Of a stretch of DNA of 26,625 nt, positions 19,930 through 26,625 are shown piece after piece. The number at the start of each line of letters is the position of its first letter. The stretch's first letter is position 1. The stretch comes from Octopus sinensis (lineage: Eukaryota). The stretch covers positions 1 to 26,625 of the forward strand of contig NW_021834130.1 of the NCBI RefSeq assembly GCF_006345805.1, given 5' to 3'. The notes beneath the pieces were generated by a model, which worked only from the letters and a program-made list of their open reading frames with translations, ran no database searches and was not told the DNA's origin. A program made the translations under genes and the position numbers.

Positions 19930-20512
19930 GGCGGTGAGCTGGCAGAAACGTTAGCACAACGGGCGAAATGCTTAGCAGTATTTCGTCTGCTGCTACGTTC
20001 TGAGTTCAAATTCCGCCGAGGTTGACTTTGCCTTTCATCCCTTTGGGGTCGATTAAATAAGTACCAGTTACGCACTGGGGTCGATGCAATCGACTTAATC
20101 CGTTTGTCTGTCCTTCTTTGTCCACTCTGTGTTTAGCCCCTTGTGGGTAGTAAAGAAATAGGTATTTCGTCTACCGCTACGTTCAGAGTTCAAATTCCGC
20201 CGAGGTTGACTTTGCCTTTCATCCTTTCGGGGTCGATAAAATAAGTACCAGCTATGCACTGGAGTCGATATAATCGACTTAATCCGTTTGTCTGTCCTTG
20301 TTTGTCCTCTCTGTGTTTAGACCCTTCTGGGTAGTAAAGAAATAGGTATTTCGTGCGTTCTCACATGATGAGTTCAAATTCCACCGAGGTTGACTTTGCC
20401 TTTCATCCTTACGAGTTCAATCAAATAAGCACCATTTGATTACTGGGGTCGATATAATCGACTTACCGTTCTCCCGAATTTGCTGGTCTCCTTCCAAAAT
20501 TTGAAACCAATA
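19930..20512 (+). mobile_element. SINE B head plus three units, last with tail 3
   Basis: junctions aagaaataggtatttcgt at ~20161 and ~20346. Confidence 0.88.
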
Positions 20513-20687
20513 TGAGGAAGAGTTGTAAGCTAACTAAGGTTTTTACAATGTTTTTACAAAGTCTAGGTTTTTACAATGTCAGTTACCCTGGCTTAAACTA
20601 AAAGTTCATAAATATCATTTCTTTTTTTGACCTTAAATGCGGGCTCATTTATTCAAGCGAATTAATTGATAAGGTCACCCTGGAAAA

Positions 20688-20897
20688 CGGCGAGCTGGCA
20701 GACACGTTGGTACGCTGGATGAAATGCTTAGCGGTCTTTCGTCTGTCTGTACGTTCTGAGTTCAAATTCCGCTGAGGTCGACTTTGTCTTTCATCCTTCG
20801 GGGTCGATAAATTTAGTACCAGTTGCGTACTGGGGTCGGTCTAATCGACTTAATCCCTTCCCAAAAATTTCGGGCCTTGTACCTAGTGTAAAAAAGA
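20688..20897 (+). mobile_element. SINE B full-length, tail 2, TSD 13/14 match
   Basis: ataaggtcaccctg 20669-20682 versus ataaggtcactctg 20898-20911. Confidence 0.9.
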
Positions 20898-21210
20898 ATA
20901 AGGTCACTCTGAATGCAGTTAACAATAAAGTTATGCTGCCTACCAATCTTCCTCTCTGGAGAAAACTGTTCTTCAGCAATAGATTGGTTCCACAACTTAA
21001 ACGACCAGCATAACAGTAAATTCAAATAATTTGGCATTGTTAAATTTTATCTGTAAATCACTTCAGCCTATTTAGTGAAAGCCTTACTGTACGGCCGAAA
21101 ATTTACCATCACTGTTTTGAATATAGAAGTAACTAAGCGTGCCAAGAACCTTCTTCAAGCAATTATTGTTTCTGGACAAAGTACAGTGGCTCTGAGATTA
21201 TCAATATTCC

Positions 21211-21548
21211 GGCGCAATGGCCCAGCGGTTAGGGCAGCGGACTCGCGGTCGTAGGATCGCGGCTTCGATTCCCAGACCGGGCGTTGTGAGTGTTAATTGA
21301 GCGAAAACACCTAAAAGTTCCACGAGGCTCCGGCAGGGGATGATGGTGATCCTGCTGTACTCTTTCACCACAACTTTCTCTCACTCTTACTTCCTGTTTC
21401 TATTGTACTGTATTTCAAGGGCCGGCCTTGTCACTCTCTGTGTCACGCTGAATATCCCCGAGAATACGTTAGGGTACACGTTCTGTGGAGTGCTCAGCCA
21501 CTTACACGTTAATTTCACGAGCAGGCTGTTCCGTTGATTCGGATCAAC
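21211..21548 (+). mobile_element. SINE C-related (tRNA head, different body, tail Y)
   Basis: A box tggcccagcgg, B box ggcttcgattccc; 21403-21548 matches 26483-26625. Confidence 0.85.
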
Positions 21549-21559
21549 CATTTTATGTT

Positions 21560-22470
21560 GTGAATATTAATAATCAAGATGTCCTTTGTGTGGTAAGTAA
21601 AATGAATTCTGAAATCCATAAGCTTCTGGAGAAAAATAAAACTGTCATTTTTCTTTCTAACATAAAGTGAAAATGTCTAAACTCACAGAAAACTGATTTC
21701 TCATACAAAGAAGACAGGATCTTTCCCGTTTGGAACTACAACAAATAAAAATAGCAGAAAACTAAAAAAAACTTAATTTTTCGGGAAAAACAGCAAAACC
21801 TGCCTCAACTAGCAATAATTTGAAACTGTTGAAAGGTGTTGGCTTTTGCTCCCAAAAGATGTGCTTGGAAATCTTCGTTAACTTGATATGACAATAAGGA
21901 ACACTCGCATACTTTTACGTCGAGGAGAATTGCTGTGATTCAGATCAGTTCCAGAAAGCCTTCCTAACTGATGAATCAAAAGTTGTAGATATGTTCCAGA
22001 AAAACTTGTAAAATATTCCATCCTGAATGCATTTCAACAACTAGGAAATATAGAGGTAGAAGTATGGCATAGAGTGCTTCTTCATCTGATGATATTCGTG
22101 AACCTGTAGCGTGTAAACAAGGAACTACTGTCTTAGAGTGATCTGAAGTATTACAGAGAACCGGAATTTTCAGTTTACAAAATTATTTCATAAAGAAAAA
22201 CAAAACAACAGAATGTTACGTTCCGCTTATACAGCAAAACAGCAAAAAGTGGTTAGGGAAAAACTCAGAGAAAATTGAATTTTGGCATGATGAGAATCTA
22301 GATTTGAAACCCACAGAGAATTATTGGACACTTACAGGTCACGAACTTGTAAGAATATTTGTAAACTCTGATCAATTTTGAGAAATTCTGAAATATATAA
22401 TTTGGACAGTATCAAAAACACTTGTGTTAAAAGACTGAATAATTTCGTGGGAATTAATTTGATCGTCTAT
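21560..22470 (+). pseudogene. degenerate Tc1-like transposase
   Basis: DQFQKAFLTDESK (TDES 21967-21978); HPECISTTRKYRGRSM; KKWLGKN..EFWHDENLDLKPTENYW (22244-22327, cf. WPSQSPDLNPIENLW); many stops; TIRs not found. Confidence 0.75.
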
Positions 22471-22759
22471 ACTTTTAAGTTTTCTTTTTATTCTTCGTCT
22501 ACTAAATATGTTGTTAAAATTTGTCAGTTTGAGCTGAAAATAAAAGAGTTAAATTGTATTTAAAGGAGTCAAATTAAATTGTTAAAAAAGTTTATTTTAT
22601 TAGTATGAATTTATTGTAGCGTTTCTACATTTTCTTCTGATTTGATGGATAAGAAATAGTTACGACAAAAATAGTTAAATGATTTATCTTGTTAATTCTT
22701 CAGGAATGTGTAGGTGTATATGAGTGCTATATGTGTGTGCATGTGTATGTATATTCGGC

Positions 22760-24950
22760 TCTACACGTCTTGACAGACGGTATTTTTAACTTTCTCCCTG
22801 CAGCCTCTTTCATGACTGGTTCTTTCTATATTTGATGAGAAAGTTCTGCTGTAAAATTTGCAAGCAAAGAAGGTATTGCAGAGCTGCGGTGAGTTGTCTT
22901 TCTTTGACATTTTTGCTTCGAGGGCCAGGATGTTTTCTTCCGCAAACTGTTTGACTCCTTTGTTCACTGAGGCTTTCCATGCTACCCTGTCTTTAACTAA
23001 CTTTTCCCAAGTCTTTGCATCGATGTGGTACTTGGTCAAGCTATTCTTATATGTATCCTTAGATCTCAGCTTTAGTCGTCCTCTGGATCTGCTACCCTGA
23101 GCCAAATCGACATATAACGGCTGTTTGGGAATTCTGTTGTCATCCATCATTTACTTCACATACCCAAGTCATCTTAATCTCCTTTTGCACAGAATGGTTG
23201 TCATTCTCGGAAGTGTTGCCTGTTTCAAAACTTCTTTGTTGGTTAAATTGTCTTGCCAGGTGATGCCAAGGACCTTGTGCAGACATCTCTGATAGAAGAC
23301 ATTGAGCTTCTTCCCCTGTCCTGTGTATTATGTCCAGGTCTCTGATCCATAAAGGATGTATATTGGTAATGCATGCGCGGTAAATCCTTATTTTGGTTTT
23401 TACTGTGAGCATCTTGTTGTTCCACACTCTTTTACTGAGTCTACCAAAGGCTGTAGCAACTTTTTTCTGTCCTGACACATTTCATCTAGGAAGGAAAGTT
23501 GTCGAAGTCACTGAGCACAACCTCCATGAAGGTAAATACAACAGCACAGCAAAGATGCTGAAAAGGGTCGGTGCAAGAGAACAACCCTATTTAACTTCGC
23601 TTCTGATCTCAAAGCCGTCTGATATGGAACTATTGTAATGTACCGTGGCTTTCATTCCTTCGTGGAAGGTCATGATAAGTTGGAAGAGAGTTTGTGGACA
23701 TCCAATCTCGTAAAGAACCATATACAATCCTGATCTATTGGCTGTATCAAACGCCTTATATCTACAAATGCCACATGTAAGGGTTGACTTCGTTCGCGAC
23801 GCTTTTCTTGGAGCTATCGAAGAGAAAATATCATGTCCATTGTTGAGCGTCCAGATCTGAAGCCACACCGACATTCTGGAAGGACTCTCTCTGCTAACTT
23901 CAACAGTATTTGGGCAAATGCTTTTCCTGTAATACTCATCAATAAAATGCCTCTGTGGTTGCTAAAATCTCCCTTGCTCTTATACAAGGTCACTATGTTG
24001 GCATCTTTCGTGTCTTGTGAGACTTCTCCATGCTTCCAACAGAGAATCAAAAGCTTGTACATATGAGGTGGGATGGTGTCTTTGGTTTTTTTTTCAGTGT
24101 TTCTGCTGGTATATTGTCATTGCCGAGAGACTTTCCACTTGCAAGCTCATCAATGGCTTTCGACTGTTCCTCTTGGGTGAGTTCTTTGTCAAGTTCTGTG
24201 ATCCCTGGACGCTGGAGAATTACTGTTTGTAGGCTTTCATTCACTGGTCGGGTTTTTGAGTAGAGGCGTAGGTATTGTTCAACCCATCTCTCCATTTATC
24301 TCTGCTGTTTATCTGTGATCTGCTCCCCTGATAAGGATTTTAGCAGTGTCACTTAGTTGATTTGTGTTCCAAGAGCAATTCGAGTCTTCTCATACATCCT
24401 TTTTATATCACCAGTGTCAGAATCCTTTTGAATGTCGACACAAAGATTTTCCCAGTAGGTGTTGGAACATCATGCTTCCCTTTGAGTGTGGATTTTGAAG
24501 TGTGCAGCTTTTTCAAGGTAGAATTTGATGAAGTCCGGTTGTATGCTAATAGAGCAGATAATTTTTTTTAATTCTCAATCTGAGGCACCAGTGTTAATGC
24601 ATTGGCCTCAGTTCTGTCTGTCTCAGATACCTTGGTTACACCAAACACTCACAAAGCTAAATCATTACTGGTTGTTCTAACACAGTTCCATATCTTCTCA
24701 GCACAAGATTTATCCATTTCCAGGATGTGATGTTCGATATGCTTCTGAAAGGTTGCTTTCGGTTCCTTGTTGCTGATATTTCTTAAGTAGATTTTTTTTG
24801 GTTTCCTTGGCTTCTTTGATCTGTGAATGCCTTTTTGATGTTATTTTCGTCTTGGTGATGATCTGTAAGAGTTCGATATAGTAGTTTGCGCTGTGGAATG
24901 ACTTAATGATTTCACACTGTTTAGATGACTTCTCCTAACGACGATGTGTA
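22760..24950 (-). mobile_element. RTE (BovB-like) LINE, 5'-truncated, degenerate
   Basis: End of APE domain; ERWVEQY; KSLGNDNIPAE; DANIVTLYKSKGD.SNHRGI; CGFRSGRSTMDMIFSLR; VK*GCSLAPTLF; ATAFGRLSKRVW; MDDNRIPKQ.LY; WEKLVKDRVAW. Confidence 0.92.
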
Positions 24951-24954
24951 CATG

Positions 24955-25300
24955 AATATATATATATATACACATATTATATATATATTATTATATATAT
25001 ATATATATAATATAATATATATTATATTATATATATATATATATATCTAGATATATATATATATATATAGGGGGTATGTTTGTGTGTGTGTAGCATATAT
25101 ATATGTGTGTGTGTGTGTATGTATGTATACATAATATATGTACATATGTATATATATATGTATGTATGTATATATATGTATATATATGTATATCGACAAA
25201 TTAAACTTAAATGTATATATATATGTATATATACATATGTATGTACGTACGGACATACATACATACACGAACGCGCCCACACACATACAAACTTACATAC
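24955..25300. repeat. compound TA/TG/TATG/CATA microsatellite
   Basis: direct reading. Confidence 0.9.
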
Positions 25301-25318
25301 ATACGCCTTCAAGACATG

Positions 25319-25377
25319 TCCCAGCATGGCCGCTGCCTAGTGACTGAAACAAGTAAAGGAAAAGCATAAAAGAATAC
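25319..25377 (+). mobile_element. SINE A 3' terminal fragment
   Basis: cccagcatggccgc..gtgactgaaacaagtaaag. Confidence 0.7.
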
Positions 25378-25390
25378 ATACATACATACA

Positions 25391-25426
<36 letters not shown>

Positions 25427-25433
25427 TACATAC

Positions 25434-25466
<33 letters not shown>

Positions 25467-25490
25467 TTATATATATATATACATGCATGC
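25378..25490. repeat. (CATA)n then (TATG)n and (TA)n
   Basis: direct reading. Confidence 0.9.
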
Positions 25491-25769
25491 AGTAAGGGCA
25501 GTGCAAAATGAAATATAATAGACATTTCTCTGTTGATTTCAGTGCAAATCTATCTTCTGCTTACTGACGTAATGGAGGGTATGTACATACAACATTCGTG
25601 ATTTTTTTTAAAGGAATTCATCTTGCGGAAGCATGTGTCAAATGAGTACAAATATGCGTCTAAATTACATGGTATTGCCGGGTGCATGTTTAAATATCGA
25701 ATATACATTAAAACATTCTAAATCAGTGAAATCTCTAAATATTTTATTTAGTCAATTATATTTGTTTCT

Positions 25770-25938
25770 ACGTGTATATATGTATGTATACGCGTGTGTG
25801 AGTGTACGTCCGTGTGAATGTGTGTTGTGTGTGCGCGTGAGTGTGTTTGTGTATATTTGTGTATGTGCTTGTGTGCGTGTGCCTGTGTGGGTGTATGTGT
25901 GTGTGTGTGCGTGTGTGCGTGTGTGCGTGCGTGTATAC
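25770..25938. repeat. (TG)n-like tract
   Basis: direct reading. Confidence 0.85.
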
Positions 25939-26030
25939 GCATGGCCATGTGGTTAAGAAGTTCGCTTTGTAGCCACGGGGTTTCGAGTTCCGTCCTACTG
26001 CGTAGCACCGTGGGTAGTTGTCTCCTCCTA
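25939..26030 (+). mobile_element. diverged SINE A-like 5' half
   Basis: tggccatgtggttaagaagttcgct..ccacggggtttcgagttccgtcctactgcgtagcacc aligns to the A head. Confidence 0.65.
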
Positions 26031-26083
26031 AATCCGGAACAATATGAGTAGGAAGCAACCTTCTTACCAAACAGCTATGTTTG

Positions 26084-26282
26084 TATTCTTTTTTGCTTTT
26101 TTTTTATTCTTTTTACTTGTTTCAGTCACTGACTGCAGCCGCGCTGGAGCACCGCCTTTCAGTCGAGCAAATCGACCGCAGGACTTATCCTTTGCAAGCC
26201 TAGTACTTATTCTATCGGTCTCTTTTTACCGAATCGCTAAGTTACGGGGACGTAAGCACACCAGCATCGGCTGTTAAGCGAT
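26084..26282 (-). mobile_element. SINE A 3' half
   Basis: reverse complement of A 3' module, cgatgctggtgtg..gtccccg to gactgaaacaagtaaaaagaata. Confidence 0.85.
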
Positions 26283-26345
26283 CCACTTTTGAAATATATA
26301 CACCCTAGATCTGTGACTCCGAACGTAGGGGCATTCGTTCTACCA

Positions 26346-26625
26346 GTGGCGCGTGGTTTGGTGGTTAGGGCATTCGACTCGCGATCGTAAGGTCGTGAGT
26401 TCAATTCCCGGCGACGCATTGTGTCCTTGAGCAAGATACTTTATTTCAAGTTGCCCCAGTCCACTCAGCTGGCAAAAATGAGTTGTACCTGTATATCAAA
26501 GGGCCAGCCTTGTCACACTCTGTGTCACGCTGAATCTCCCCGAGAACTACGTTAAGGGTACATGTGTCTGTGGAGTGCTCAGCCACTTGCTTGCTAATTT
26601 CACGAGCCAGCTGTCCCGTGGATCG
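26346..26625 (+). mobile_element. SINE C (tRNA head, CORE-like body, tail Y), runs off window
   Basis: B box gagttcaattccc; ccactcagctggcaaaaatgagt shared with 16987 copies; tail shared with 21211 copy. Confidence 0.88.

Noticed and set aside
21182-21200. TACAGTGG as Tc1 left TIR
   Set aside because: No matching CCACTGTA end found downstream of the transposase remnant.

Overview
Repeat-saturated eukaryotic DNA with no recognisable intact gene. AT-richness, microsatellite density and SINE style suggest an octopod cephalopod (inference). Contents: (i) a 155-bp near-perfect palindrome (385-539) whose two arms each read as a minimal type I hammerhead-ribozyme-like motif; (ii) a ~13-kb zone of AAT-type tracts, all on the + strand, interleaved with six co-oriented fragments of R4/Dong-like restriction-like-endonuclease (RLE) LINEs and three copies of an unclassified ~550-bp element (called D here); (iii) three tRNA-derived SINE groups (called A, B, C here), including a head-plus-7-unit tandem array of B flanked by a 12-bp TSD; (iv) degenerate L1/Tx1-like, RTE, Tc1 and mariner remnants. 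The supplied ORF track is mostly microsatellite or TE artefact. Labels A-D are mine; family assignments come from hand translation and remembered motifs, not database searches.
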